Position numbers and translations under genes: made by a program. From the IMG/VR virus record IMGVR_UViG_2773857985_000001, positions 1 through 64,000 of that record: DNA of 64,000 bases, one strand, 5' to 3'. Positions 19,741 through 29,503 of the stretch are shown here, one piece after another. The notes under the pieces are model-generated. The model was given only the letters and a program-made list of their open reading frames with translations, was not told the DNA's origin and did no database searches. Numbering within the stretch: the stretch's first letter is position 1; every line of letters starts with the position of its first letter. The stretch is from a virus (Duplodnaviria; Caudoviricetes).

Positions 19741-20112
19741 TCAGCCGGTGACGCGGTCGGCGGCGAACTGGATGACGCCGCGGGTGCCGGTGAACGGGGA
19801 CCGTCCCCAGTCGCCGGGTTCGCCAGTGATGTCGCAGTCGACACCGCGGATCCGGGCCTTGTCCGTAGTGCGCAGCGGCATGCCGGGCTGGTCGGCGGGC
19901 GCGTACACGGTCCAGCCGACGATGACCGTGTCCCGCTCCTGCTGCTCCGGGCCGCCCACCTGCGGCGTCTCCGCACGCGGCGTCACCACACAGCCCGGTA
20001 GGTCGAACGACTCATCGGGCCCAGGCAGCGGCTGGCCACGAGGATCCCGGCCTGGCGACTGGCCGGTGCGGACGATCCGCACGGTCTCCCCGAACGGGTA
20101 CGGCGCCGGCAT
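19741..20112 (-). CDS. Head-to-tail stopper
   Basis: Position; DPRGQP, GEPGDW.SPFTG motifs. Confidence 0.8.
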   Translation of the reverse strand: MPAPYPFGETVRIVRTGQSPGRDPRGQPLPGPDESFDLPGCVVTPRAETPQVGGPEQQERDTVIVGWTVYAPADQPGMPLRTTDKARIRGVDCDITGEPGDWGRSPFTGTRGVIQFAADRVTG

Positions 20113-20525
20113 CAGGAGTACCCCCAGCCCGGTTCGAACTCGTCGGCGAAGCCCATGTCGTCGATCGGCCACGTTGGCGACGGATCAGCCGTCTCCGGAG
20201 TCGGATCGATCGTGAACGCCCCACCCCGGCCCGCCAGCGACTTCAGCGCCGACTTGTCGGCCTTCGTCAGGTACAGGCCGCCAGACCCCTGGGGGCGCTG
20301 CACCGACATCGGGCCGATCGTCTCGTAGCTCACCTGCTGCGGGTTGACGTAGGCGCGGCCCGCCACCGACAGGACGACCGCCTCCGCACCCTCAGGGAGC
20401 GGTTTCACGACCGTCTGACACAGCGACGCCGCCGTCGAGAGCAGCAGGTCAGCGCGCGCACCGTCGATCTCACCCATGCCCAGGTATAGGCCGAGCTGCT
20501 CGGCGGTCGGAGGGACGAATGCCAT
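20112..20525 (-). CDS. Head-to-tail adaptor
   Basis: RAYVNP..YETIGP..LYLT motif typical of actinophage adaptors. Confidence 0.85.
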   Translation of the reverse strand: MAFVPPTAEQLGLYLGMGEIDGARADLLLSTAASLCQTVVKPLPEGAEAVVLSVAGRAYVNPQQVSYETIGPMSVQRPQGSGGLYLTKADKSALKSLAGRGGAFTIDPTPETADPSPTWPIDDMGFADEFEPGWGYS

Positions 20526-20535
20526 AACACCCTCC

Positions 20536-21567
20536 TCAAGCCAGAGACTCCACAGCCGAACACCACGCCGCCAGATCGGCGGCAGGATCCAGTTCGGCAG
20601 ACCGGGCCCGCGCCCGCTTCGACGCCAGCCGGAACTCGGCAGGCTGCATCAACTTCCGCAGCACCGCCTCGTAGCCGTCGACATCGTTCCGGTCCACGAA
20701 GATCCCGGCCTCACCGAGGGACTCGCACAGCCCCGGGGTGGGGTGCGCGACGACCGGGATACCGGAGGCCAACGCCTCGCAGCCGGCACGGCCCCACGAC
20801 TCGTAGGACGACGGCATCAGCAGCACCCGAGTGCGGGCATACACCCGATCTCGCATGTCCTCGCCGCGGACGTGGTCGACGACCTCGACGTTGGGCAAGT
20901 CCGGGAGGATCTGCTCCCCGTAGGCGCCCCGCACTGCCAGGAACTGCTGATCCGGCATCCGCTCGGCGAGGGCTCGAAGAACCTTGCCGCCCTTCTCCGG
21001 GTTGCAGTTGATCAGCGTGATGGCCTTGCCGGGCTTCGTCGCATACTCGGCGGCGAACACCGGAGGCCGCACGATCAGCGACTCGGCCGGGCGGACGGCC
21101 TTCGGGTACTCGGCGAAGAACAGCTCCGCCTCACGGGCCATCCACCGGCTGTTGTAGACCGCCAGTGCCGTCCCGCCCGCCGCAGCATCGCGGAAGGTGG
21201 GCCGGTGCGTGTTGTGGCAGACCACCACCAGCGGCTTGCCGTAGCCGCGGGCCAACGACGCCGTCGACGGCACCGTCTCCAGATGCGCCACCAGCACATC
21301 CGCCCGGCGCACCGCAGTCGGAAAGTCCAGCCGCGACTCCAACGGGACGACATGGATGCCGCGGTACTCGTACTCCTGGTGGGCCTTGCCGTAGCGGGAC
21401 AGCCACACCTGCACATCGTGGCCACGCTCCACCAGCGGACGCAGCATCGACACAAGCATGTGCTCGGCGCCCGCATTGTGCTCCGGCGGCATCGCATGGA
21501 AGCGGGCCACGACCTTCAGGGGCTTGGCTGCCCCGCCCGGCGCGGAAGCCGAGACAGCCCTGCTCAT
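20536..21567 (-). CDS. GT-B glycosyltransferase (GT4 family)
   Basis: AGAE, GHDV, KGG, LMPSSYESWGRAGCEALASGIPVV (EX7E motif). Confidence 0.92.
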   Translation of the reverse strand: MSRAVSASAPGGAAKPLKVVARFHAMPPEHNAGAEHMLVSMLRPLVERGHDVQVWLSRYGKAHQEYEYRGIHVVPLESRLDFPTAVRRADVLVAHLETVPSTASLARGYGKPLVVVCHNTHRPTFRDAAAGGTALAVYNSRWMAREAELFFAEYPKAVRPAESLIVRPPVFAAEYATKPGKAITLINCNPEKGGKVLRALAERMPDQQFLAVRGAYGEQILPDLPNVEVVDHVRGEDMRDRVYARTRVLLMPSSYESWGRAGCEALASGIPVVAHPTPGLCESLGEAGIFVDRNDVDGYEAVLRKLMQPAEFRLASKRARARSAELDPAADLAAWCSAVESLA

Positions 21568-22526
21568 CAGGCGCTACCGGACGGCGTGCCCGTGTACTTG
21601 ACGAACGCGTCGACGTCACCGAGGACGAAGCCGTAGTACGCCTCCGCCAGGATCAGCACCAGGTTCTCCTGGAACGCCGAGTGGACGCCGCCCTCCTCGT
21701 CGACGTAGGTGGCCTGGTCGGAGATCCGCACCGTGATGTCCATGCCCACGCCGTAGGCGGCCTGCGACCAGTCGCCGCCAATCGCCCGCAGCCCCGAGTC
21801 CACCGATGCCGACTGCCGGCGCTGCTTGCCCGACACGGACCGCGAGTAGGCGAGCGGCTCACCGATCAGCGTGCCCGCCGCCGCCATGTTCGTGCCCGGC
21901 GTCTGCGTGTCCACGAGGATCGGACGGCCCGTGGTGTCCGTCGCCAGCAGCAGCGACGGCTTCAGCCGGTGGTCCGCCACGGTGCCGGTGTAGTCCCAGT
22001 CGGAGTCGACGACCTCGGCCATGCCGTTGACGAAGTCGGCCCAGATGCCGCCCTGCGCCTGGGTGGCCGTGCCCAGCGCCACCGAGTTGGTGGTGGCGGC
22101 GAGGTACTCGGTGAACGGGCCTGCCGCGCCCTTCATGGTCTTGCCGTGGATCGTCGCGTGGTCGAAGGCGCGGGCGAACGCGGTCGGCAGATCCTTCTGC
22201 AGCTGGTCGTACAGGCCGCCCGCGTTGGTCTTCGCGACCTCCATGGCGACCGGGATGAGCACGGCGACCTTCTTCGCCTGCATCTGCTTGACGTCCACGC
22301 CGCCGGTCGACAGGGGCTTCTTGGCCGCCTGGCCGACCCAGTCGGCGACCGGGACGTCCATCGGGATCGGCACCGAAGTGGTGGCGTCCAGGGCGAGCGG
22401 CGCCGGGCGTGCCAGCTGCATGACCGCGGACGCTTCGACGGACTTCTCGAAGATCGGCGCGGTGATCGTGCGGGGCAGGAGCGCGCCGTCCACGTTGGAC
22501 AGCGTCAGGGGGGCGGTGACCGCCAT
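21567..22526 (-). CDS. Major capsid protein (HK97 fold)
   Basis: WVGQ..KP, GDWSQ..YG, FQENLV.I.AE motifs; follows the scaffold. Confidence 0.93.
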   Translation of the reverse strand: MAVTAPLTLSNVDGALLPRTITAPIFEKSVEASAVMQLARPAPLALDATTSVPIPMDVPVADWVGQAAKKPLSTGGVDVKQMQAKKVAVLIPVAMEVAKTNAGGLYDQLQKDLPTAFARAFDHATIHGKTMKGAAGPFTEYLAATTNSVALGTATQAQGGIWADFVNGMAEVVDSDWDYTGTVADHRLKPSLLLATDTTGRPILVDTQTPGTNMAAAGTLIGEPLAYSRSVSGKQRRQSASVDSGLRAIGGDWSQAAYGVGMDITVRISDQATYVDEEGGVHSAFQENLVLILAEAYYGFVLGDVDAFVKYTGTPSGSA

Positions 22527-22545
22527 GATGTCTCTTCTCCCGAAG

Positions 22546-23196
22546 CTACGTGAGCTTCGAACTCAGCCACCCGGCGAACTCGTCGCGAGGGTTGGGGGCC
22601 TGCTTCTTGTTGGCACCGGATGCCTGTGTGCGGTCCGGTGCGGGTCGCCGCGGGCCCTCCGGGGGCTGGGTCTTCGCCCAGTGCGGCTTGCGCTCCAACA
22701 GCGCCTGGAGATCCGCCTCGATGGCGGACTCGTTGATGTCGCCCGAGTCGTCGATGTACGAGTCCAGATCGAGCTCGCCGAACGCGTCAGCCGGATCGGC
22801 GAACGCCGCCCGGCCCTCGGTGGCCGTGCCGGCGAGCGCCTGCACCTGGCTGCGGACCAGTCGCTGCCGGGTCTTCGCGATCTGATCCTGCGCGGCAGTG
22901 AGCTGCTCGTTGAGGCGTTCGGACTCGGAGAGTTCCGCGTCCTTGCGCTTCTGCAGCTCGGCGAGCAGAGGCTCCTGCTCCTTCAGGCGCTTGCGGAGGT
23001 TCGCGGCCTCTGAGTTCGCCTTCCGGATCTTCGCCTCGGCCTGCTTCCGGTCGAACGGCTTCTCCTCGCTGCTGGTGTCCGCCTCCTGGGCGGTCTCCTG
23101 CTGCTCGGTGCCGCTCTCCTCGGTGGCCGTCTCGTCGACGGTCTCCTCAGTGCCGGAGTCGGTCTGCTGCTCGGTCGTCTCGGTCTCTTCGGGCAT
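22546..23196 (-). CDS. Capsid scaffolding protein
   Basis: Acidic N-terminus, EAANLRKRLK coiled coil, KPHW motif. Confidence 0.85.
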   Translation of the reverse strand: MPEETETTEQQTDSGTEETVDETATEESGTEQQETAQEADTSSEEKPFDRKQAEAKIRKANSEAANLRKRLKEQEPLLAELQKRKDAELSESERLNEQLTAAQDQIAKTRQRLVRSQVQALAGTATEGRAAFADPADAFGELDLDSYIDDSGDINESAIEADLQALLERKPHWAKTQPPEGPRRPAPDRTQASGANKKQAPNPRDEFAGWLSSKLT

Positions 23197-23258
23197 GACG
23201 AATCGGCCCTCCAGGGGCTGTCGAAAAGGGGAAGGCCGCCACCAGGGCGACCCGTTGA

Positions 23259-24074
23259 TCAGTGAGATCCGGGAAGCGGATACTCGTCGTGCTCCGCCAG
23301 CGCACGCCTGAACAGGCGCAACTGGTCTCCCGGATGACCTTGCGCGTACTCGCGATAGATCTCATCCCAGCGAGCCGCATGCGGCGACAACTGGAAGCGC
23401 TGGCCGCGGAAGACCGGCAGGATTCCGCAGTGGCAGTTGTTGTGGAACTTCACCACCGACGCGTCACCTGAGAACCGGTCATTCGCATCCCGACCTGCGG
23501 TTTCTGCCGTGGCATAGACCGACCCGCGGGATGCCATGAGCTTGCAGAAGGAGCAGGCGCCGAGCGCTGCCACCCGGGCATACGCCACAGCCTGCCGATC
23601 CTGCCGGACCGCCTGCCGGACCGTCTCCCGGCCCACATCAGCCACAAGACGCTGTGTGGCCATGTCTGCTTTTACGAACGCGGCCTCCAGTCGAACATCG
23701 AGGGGTTCCAGCTGTGCGGGCGTCGCCACGTCGGCGTCCCGGTCCCACACGTCCTTCGTGGCCCAGCGCATCGACGCATCCACCTGCTCGCCCGGCGGCG
23801 GATCAGCCAACCGTGCCGTGAACCCACCCGGCACATCAGCGTCTGCGCGCTGCCCGTCGTAAAAGTCCGCGGCAAGAGCCGCCGACACCTCCGCATACTG
23901 GCCCACCACAACGGCCACCGCCTCAATCCACGGCGGCACCGTCGCCTGCAACCGGCGCGGATTGATCAGCCGCCGCAGCGTTCGCAAATCCCGCAACAGC
24001 AGCGCTGTCAGGCCCTGCTGTGCAGACCGCCAACGCGCCGCGCCAGGCGAACTATCCGAGGTCGTCGACGCCAA
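23259..24074 (-). CDS. Head morphogenesis protein (MuF-like / capsid maturation)
   Basis: ACSFCKLMASRG and FHNNCHC motifs; between portal and scaffold. Confidence 0.8.
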   Translation of the reverse strand: MASTTSDSSPGAARWRSAQQGLTALLLRDLRTLRRLINPRRLQATVPPWIEAVAVVVGQYAEVSAALAADFYDGQRADADVPGGFTARLADPPPGEQVDASMRWATKDVWDRDADVATPAQLEPLDVRLEAAFVKADMATQRLVADVGRETVRQAVRQDRQAVAYARVAALGACSFCKLMASRGSVYATAETAGRDANDRFSGDASVVKFHNNCHCGILPVFRGQRFQLSPHAARWDEIYREYAQGHPGDQLRLFRRALAEHDEYPLPGSH

Positions 24075-25521
24075 CGTCGGCCTCCGACGGCTCCGTACTC
24101 GCCGTAGACGAGCCAGACCGAATCTCAGCGAAACGGTCCAGCAGTGCGCTGCTGGCCGCCCGGCCGACGCCGCGGCGCCGGTCCGCAGCGATCCGCTGCC
24201 GCTGCGGCTCCGTGAACCCAGCCATCTCCAGGGTGACGTCGGAGTCCGCGGGCAGTACCCCGGCCTGCACCAGCTTGACCGTGGCGTCCACCTGGGCCGC
24301 TACCGTCGGTGTCGCAGGGTTCCGCCACACCGTCTCGATGCGGCGGGTCTTGTCCGGGGGTTCGCCGTCTCGGATCCACAGGGCGAGCCGCATGGCCTGC
24401 TGCCACCCGGCGCCGAACCGGCGGATACGCCGTTCGGCCTTCTTGACCTGCCGGTTGTCGGCGAAGCGGATCGCGTCCGCGGAGGCGGGGTTGTCGCTGC
24501 TGTAGCCGAGGACGTGCGGGGCCACCGACATCTGCGACGCCATGATCCTGGCGTACAGATCGATGATCTTCGTCATGCCGGTCGGATCGTGCGCAGCGAA
24601 CTGGCCGACGTCCGGCACGTTGCCGTCCTCGTCCCGCTCCAACGCGAGCACACGACCGATGTACGTCTCCCAGGCGCTCTTAGCCGTACCGTCCGCGTCC
24701 TGAAACGCCGACTCCGACGCGCCCAGAATGTAGCGCTGCGGGGCGCCGAAGAACTCGGCAGCCACCTCCATACCCATCAGCCGGCGGCACGCCGCATCCG
24801 TGATCGACATAACCTCAGGAGTGATCTCCGACTTGCCGACCCGGTCTGCGGTCCGCTGCCGGTTCGCCAGACGCACGACCGGCACGACGCCGAGCCCGTG
24901 CATGTCCCGGTCGACGACCTCCCAGCCGCCAGACGCCGACGGCAGACACATCACCGTCTGATCCGGCAGATACAAGACCAGCATCCGCTCCTCAGGACCC
25001 GCCTCGATGTACGAGTCGGCGGCGCACTCTCGGAGCGCAGCCGTACCCATGCGCATGCGGGCATCCCACATCAGCGTCATGTCCAACGGCGACTCGGCGG
25101 TGATCAACGGCGGGCACTCGTCCGTTCCGCAACCACCCGACCCGACCGCCAGATACTCCCGGCCGTACACGAACGCGTCCAGGTGAGCCAGCGACGACTC
25201 GTCGAACAGGTCATTCGCCTCGGCGATCTCCGTCAGCTCACTGGAATTCGAGCCATCTGCCCACCGGAACGCCTCCAAGTCCAGGCGCTCCTCCAGCGAC
25301 TCCACACCCACCCGCGGCCAGCCAATCACCGTATGCAGCCCTTTGAGCTGCGGCGGGATGGAGATGCCGAGGTCGCGGATCAGTTGCTCGCCGTTGAAGT
25401 AGGCGTCCCGGAGTTGCAGCGCGTACCGGTCCCGCAGCATGTCAGCCCGCAGCAGGTTGATCAGCGCCTGCTCCTCGTCCGAGAGATACACCAGCGGCAA
25501 CTCAGGAATGGACAGGGTCAT
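24052..25521 (-). CDS. Portal protein (SPP1 gp6-like)
   Basis: GWPRVGVESLEERL, GKSEI, PQRYILG, NPASADA motifs. Confidence 0.93.
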   Translation of the reverse strand: MTLSIPELPLVYLSDEEQALINLLRADMLRDRYALQLRDAYFNGEQLIRDLGISIPPQLKGLHTVIGWPRVGVESLEERLDLEAFRWADGSNSSELTEIAEANDLFDESSLAHLDAFVYGREYLAVGSGGCGTDECPPLITAESPLDMTLMWDARMRMGTAALRECAADSYIEAGPEERMLVLYLPDQTVMCLPSASGGWEVVDRDMHGLGVVPVVRLANRQRTADRVGKSEITPEVMSITDAACRRLMGMEVAAEFFGAPQRYILGASESAFQDADGTAKSAWETYIGRVLALERDEDGNVPDVGQFAAHDPTGMTKIIDLYARIMASQMSVAPHVLGYSSDNPASADAIRFADNRQVKKAERRIRRFGAGWQQAMRLALWIRDGEPPDKTRRIETVWRNPATPTVAAQVDATVKLVQAGVLPADSDVTLEMAGFTEPQRQRIAADRRRGVGRAASSALLDRFAEIRSGSSTASTEPSEADVGVDDLG

Positions 25522-27251
25522 CGCAGCACCACAACCCTCCCCTTGCCCGTAGCCTTCGAGCGCTTGGCCCACGCGGGCGAGTTCATGACCATGCGACGCA
25601 GCATCCGGGCCCCGATCGCGCACACCACAAGGTCGATCTTTCGCGCCGACTCACGGTGCTCCTTGCCGATCGTGTAACCCCATGCGTTCGTCCGGCGTCG
25701 GGCGTTCGCGACGTGCTGTCGCAGAACCTTGTGTCCGTCATGCGGCACCTGCCGTTCCAAAACGTCCCGGTAGAAGCGGTCCACGGCCTCCGTGAACACC
25801 TGCTGGCGCCGACGGTCACCCATGTCCCACATCACCGCGTGCTGCCCATGCCCAGACGGCACTGCCTTCAGCTTCAGCCGCTTCCCATACCGCTGAGCCC
25901 ACGCGTCGACATAGCCATCCCAGTAGCGTTCTCCATCCGCATCGTCATATCCAGCGCCAGGGTCCGCGAAGAACGCCAGCGGCTTGTACCGGGCGAACAC
26001 CTGGTCCACCACGCCGTCGGCCTCCTCTCGCGGCACCCGATAGGGCACGTCCGATGGCCAGTTCGCCGGCCGCTGCCAGACCCCCAAAGTCCTCACGAAC
26101 CCGTCTGACATCCGGCAGCCGACCAAGCCCGTAGCGTCGTCTGACTTGGAGCCATCGAAGAACAGGACGATCCCGTCGCCCTCTTCCAAAGCGAGGCCCT
26201 CATGCGGATTGGCATCCCATTCGTATGGCGCCAAGTAGGCGTCCTCGGCCGCCGCGATCTGGTTGAACCAGAACCGGCGCGACCTGCTGGGCGGGTTACG
26301 GATGTCGAGGATCGACGCCTTGAGCCGGTCCACGTCCAGCCACACCGAATCCCCGCGGACCGCCTTCAGCGTCGGCACGATCCACGCCTCGGTCAGCTTG
26401 GCCTCGGCCGGAGCCTCCAGCGAGTCGTAGAACAGTCCGGTGTCCGCCGCGCGCCCGGCCTCCGCCGACTCGAACGCCTCCCGGGTCCGCTCGGCGACGC
26501 TGTCCTCGCCGGGCTCGTAGGCGTTCGTGTTCGCCAGCGTCCGCGCTTGGCCATCCGCCGACTTGGTGGCGTTACGCTCGATTACCGCCGCCATCTCGTG
26601 CCCCTGATTCGACTCCACCCAGTGGTGCGTCTCCCCCAGCGAAACGAACGTCGGTCGGCCACCTTCCAGAGCACGCGGCGAGGACGTGACCGCCTCGATC
26701 CGGGCCCGTCCCTTGTCGGCGTAGATGATCTCCTTGCCGAGGTCGATCCGGAACTCCTCGAGGGCCCGCTTAGTGAAGATGCTCGGGAAGAGCGTCATCG
26801 TGTTCCGCGTCTGGTCCTGCGACACCGCCGCGATCTGCACCCAGGCCGCCGGATGCTGCGTGCCGAGCGGCTGCCCCGCCCGGACACCCCACTCGTTGCC
26901 CTCGTCCGCAACCCCAGCGAGCCGGCACGGGCCGACGAACTCGAACGCCGACCACGTGGCGATCAGTGGGTCCTTGCCCCAGCCCTTCAGCCGCTGGATC
27001 ACGCCGTCCCGCCAAAGGAACCGGTTCGTCTCCGGGTCCATCGCGTACCACCACAAGGTCAGGCGAGCTTGCTCGGGCGTGTACTGCCAGGCCTTCCCGA
27101 CGTAGTGCTGCAGGTATGTCTTGGTCCAGGCGAGGCACTGCCAGCCCAGCGTGTACTCGGGCAGGATGAACTTTCCATCTGGGCCGCGCTTCCACGTCGG
27201 GCCGAGCGTGAAGGGTTCGACGACGTCGGGGACCTGCTCCTCAGCCTCCAT
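25518..27251 (-). CDS. Terminase large subunit
   Basis: RLKGWGKDP Walker A, ETHHW Walker B, FDGSKSDDAT nuclease, KID motif. Confidence 0.96.
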   Translation of the reverse strand: MEAEEQVPDVVEPFTLGPTWKRGPDGKFILPEYTLGWQCLAWTKTYLQHYVGKAWQYTPEQARLTLWWYAMDPETNRFLWRDGVIQRLKGWGKDPLIATWSAFEFVGPCRLAGVADEGNEWGVRAGQPLGTQHPAAWVQIAAVSQDQTRNTMTLFPSIFTKRALEEFRIDLGKEIIYADKGRARIEAVTSSPRALEGGRPTFVSLGETHHWVESNQGHEMAAVIERNATKSADGQARTLANTNAYEPGEDSVAERTREAFESAEAGRAADTGLFYDSLEAPAEAKLTEAWIVPTLKAVRGDSVWLDVDRLKASILDIRNPPSRSRRFWFNQIAAAEDAYLAPYEWDANPHEGLALEEGDGIVLFFDGSKSDDATGLVGCRMSDGFVRTLGVWQRPANWPSDVPYRVPREEADGVVDQVFARYKPLAFFADPGAGYDDADGERYWDGYVDAWAQRYGKRLKLKAVPSGHGQHAVMWDMGDRRRQQVFTEAVDRFYRDVLERQVPHDGHKVLRQHVANARRRTNAWGYTIGKEHRESARKIDLVVCAIGARMLRRMVMNSPAWAKRSKATGKGRVVVLR

Positions 27252-27513
27252 CGCCGCGAATGTCGCGCAGCGGGGAGCGCCGCTTCAGCTCGTTGCGCAG
27301 AAGGCATGCCTCAATGTCGCCCCGATCCGGCCGATCGAAGAAGCCCCGCAGCCGAACCACAGCGAAGTCCCGGAGGCCCTCGATTCGCCTCAGCGAACCG
27401 GCGTACAGACACTGCTGTTGCGGGATGTCGTGAAGTCGGGCCCAGGCCTGCGCCTCGTCCTGGCTGCCCGCGCAGACGACGTACTTGACCACGTCAGCCC
27501 CCTGCGATGTCAC
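27241..27513 (-). CDS. Hypothetical protein between the terminase subunits
   Basis: Fills the gap with overlaps on both sides; start may be GTG near 27491. Confidence 0.55.
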   Translation of the reverse strand: MTSQGADVVKYVVCAGSQDEAQAWARLHDIPQQQCLYAGSLRRIEGLRDFAVVRLRGFFDRPDRGDIEACLLRNELKRRSPLRDIRGDGG

Positions 27514-27931
27514 GGTACGAGTCCAGCGGGCTCACCGACGCCAACTGAGGGCCAGCGGGCTTCTTCCGCTCCAGCTCCATACGAGCCCGGCGGCGATCGC
27601 CCTCGGTCGTCAGCAGCGACGACATCACCGAGTTCAGTGCGGCTACCAGCTGGCCGTTCGGCCCGCGCTCTGACTGCAGCACCTTCGACATCAGGTCGGC
27701 TGCATACCGGGCGACCGCCCAGTCCGACGGCTCGTAGAACGCGGCCTGCCCCGACTCTCTGAGCGAGAGGTACCAGTCCGCGGCGATCGGATGCCACAGC
27801 GGGTCTGCGCCGGGCAGGTCCGGCAGGTCGCTGGGGGCTCCAGAGGGGGCTTGGATCAGTTCGGGCCCGTCGTCCTTGTTGCGGCGACGACGTTCCTCGG
27901 AACGCTTCGGGATAGGTCCGTGTGCGCCCAT
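27494..27931 (-). CDS. Terminase small subunit
   Basis: GPIPKRSEERRRRNK, WHPIA..WY, TEGDRRRARMEL motifs. Confidence 0.9.
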   Translation of the reverse strand: MGAHGPIPKRSEERRRRNKDDGPELIQAPSGAPSDLPDLPGADPLWHPIAADWYLSLRESGQAAFYEPSDWAVARYAADLMSKVLQSERGPNGQLVAALNSVMSSLLTTEGDRRRARMELERKKPAGPQLASVSPLDSYRDIAGG

Positions 27932-28013
27932 GACGACCTCCAGGGTCAATGCACGCCACCAGGGCGCACGAAGGGCTGGAAACAACGACGCTCGCAGGGA
28001 CGCCGCCAGGGCG

Positions 28014-28649
28014 TCAGAGCGAGGCGATCAAACCGGCCGCGTCAGGCAGCTCGGCAAGCTCAAGAGGGGTACCAGGAACCCGGTCACCCACGATCATGTA
28101 GCGGCGATCCGAGTACACCTCGACCGCCAACTCCCCGCGGCGGATCCGCCGGCCGTGCGACACCGCACCCCGGAACCACAAGTGCAGGCCTCGGCCGGAA
28201 CGGCCGCGTTCCATGTACGTCGCAGGCAGCCGATCCAGGATGGCCTGCGCCCACGGCAACACCCGACCGCCCTCGACAGCGTGGTCCAGGTCTACAACGA
28301 CGATCCCGTCGCCGGCCGTCAGCACGAAGCCAACACCCTCACCAGCCGACGCCCTCGCCGCCGCCGAGTAGTTCGACCACGACGACGGGTCATCCACCGA
28401 AGCGAAGCGGCCGTCGCCCCGCAGCGGCACCTTCCGCGACGAGTACCGAACCCACCGCGCCTTCGTCCGCAACTCGACCGGCACCCGCGCCACCTGCTCC
28501 GACACCACCCGCTGCCGCTCCAGACGGTGACGCTCGCGGTACGCGGCCTGCCTGCACGCCGACGAGCAGAACCGCGCATCAGCCCGAGCCGTCAACGGCA
28601 TCGGACCCACGCAGCGCTCGCACTCAGTGCGGCAGGTCGTCGAGGTCAT
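28014..28649 (-). CDS. Zn-finger plus primase-polymerase (Prim-Pol)-like protein
   Basis: CERC..FCSSACRQ; VVVDLDH, SGRGLHLW, EVYS AEP motifs; TAGACT -10 lies 6 nt before ATG (leaderless). Confidence 0.75.
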   Translation of the reverse strand: MTSTTCRTECERCVGPMPLTARADARFCSSACRQAAYRERHRLERQRVVSEQVARVPVELRTKARWVRYSSRKVPLRGDGRFASVDDPSSWSNYSAAARASAGEGVGFVLTAGDGIVVVDLDHAVEGGRVLPWAQAILDRLPATYMERGRSGRGLHLWFRGAVSHGRRIRRGELAVEVYSDRRYMIVGDRVPGTPLELAELPDAAGLIASL

Positions 28650-28769
28650 GACCCCAGTCTAGCGCCACCGCGTTACGGCTACAGGCTCTCCACCTGCACC
28701 GTTACCGTTCCGTGCCGCACATGCGGCACGCCCCGCCGACAGGCCGGCCTGCATCACCGCAGGTCAGGG

Positions 28770-28850
28770 ACCTAGGGAACCCGTACAGATCCAGGCGAGC
28801 TACACGGCCCCGATCCGGAATGATCACCGGGAGGGGTGATCACCCCCAGG
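28770..28850 (-). other. Probable cos / packaging initiation region
   Basis: Non-coding gap between HNH and TerS with the 14-bp palindrome GGGGTGATCACCCC (28833-28846). Confidence 0.5.
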
Positions 28851-29099
28851 TTGGATCATGGTTGGCGTGATCTTGAAACGCCCTTTTTGATCATGAGATT
28901 TGGAGGCTTGGTGATCTTGCCATCCTTGATCCACAGGGCTCTGATCGGCTCGCATCGATCTTGGTCCTGTCGCCGTTCGCGATCACCATCACGACGCTGA
29001 CGATCACCGTGACCGCGTCACCACGCCTCACCCCGTGGCCGCCTGCCCTACCCCGTCGGCCGCGCCCTGGTGGGCTGGCACCGTCCGGTGGGCAGCCGG

Positions 29100-29267
29100 C
29101 TACCGGAGCGCGTGCTCCCGGCCGTCGAGGGAGTGGTGCACCAGCAGCCAGCCGACCGACCCGCCGGCCTGGAGGGCTGGTCTGGTCTCCGGTCCGCACA
29201 CGCACTCGGCGGTGCTGGTGTCGTGGTCGGCCTGGTCGCCGATCGGGGTGACGTGGAGTGTGGTCAC
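29100..29267 (-). CDS. Small His/Cys protein
   Basis: HVTPIGD..H..CVCGP..VHHSLDGRE; GTGA overlap. Confidence 0.6.
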   Translation of the reverse strand: MTTLHVTPIGDQADHDTSTAECVCGPETRPALQAGGSVGWLLVHHSLDGREHALR

Positions 29268-29497
29268 CGTCGTCGGCCGACGTTGCGCCGGTCGCCCGGC
29301 CAGACCCCGGTGCGTTCGAAGTGGAGGCGGGCGCAGTACGCCTTGGCTCGCGGACCAAGGTACTTCGCCAGCTGACGTGAACACCTTCGGTGATCACCGG
29401 CCGTGTTCCATCTGATCTTGGCCGAGCCTGCGCCGGTGGCCCAGTACTGCTTCAGCTGGGCGGCGTTGCCGCGCCGGCCGCGTCCTTTGGATGCCAC
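29264..29497 (-). CDS. Small basic phage protein
   Basis: LKQYW..G.G.AKIRW..GD..RC..L.KY..YC..H...G.WPG pattern. Confidence 0.7.
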   Translation of the reverse strand: MASKGRGRRGNAAQLKQYWATGAGSAKIRWNTAGDHRRCSRQLAKYLGPRAKAYCARLHFERTGVWPGDRRNVGRRR

Positions 29498-29503
29498 AGG
29501 TCA

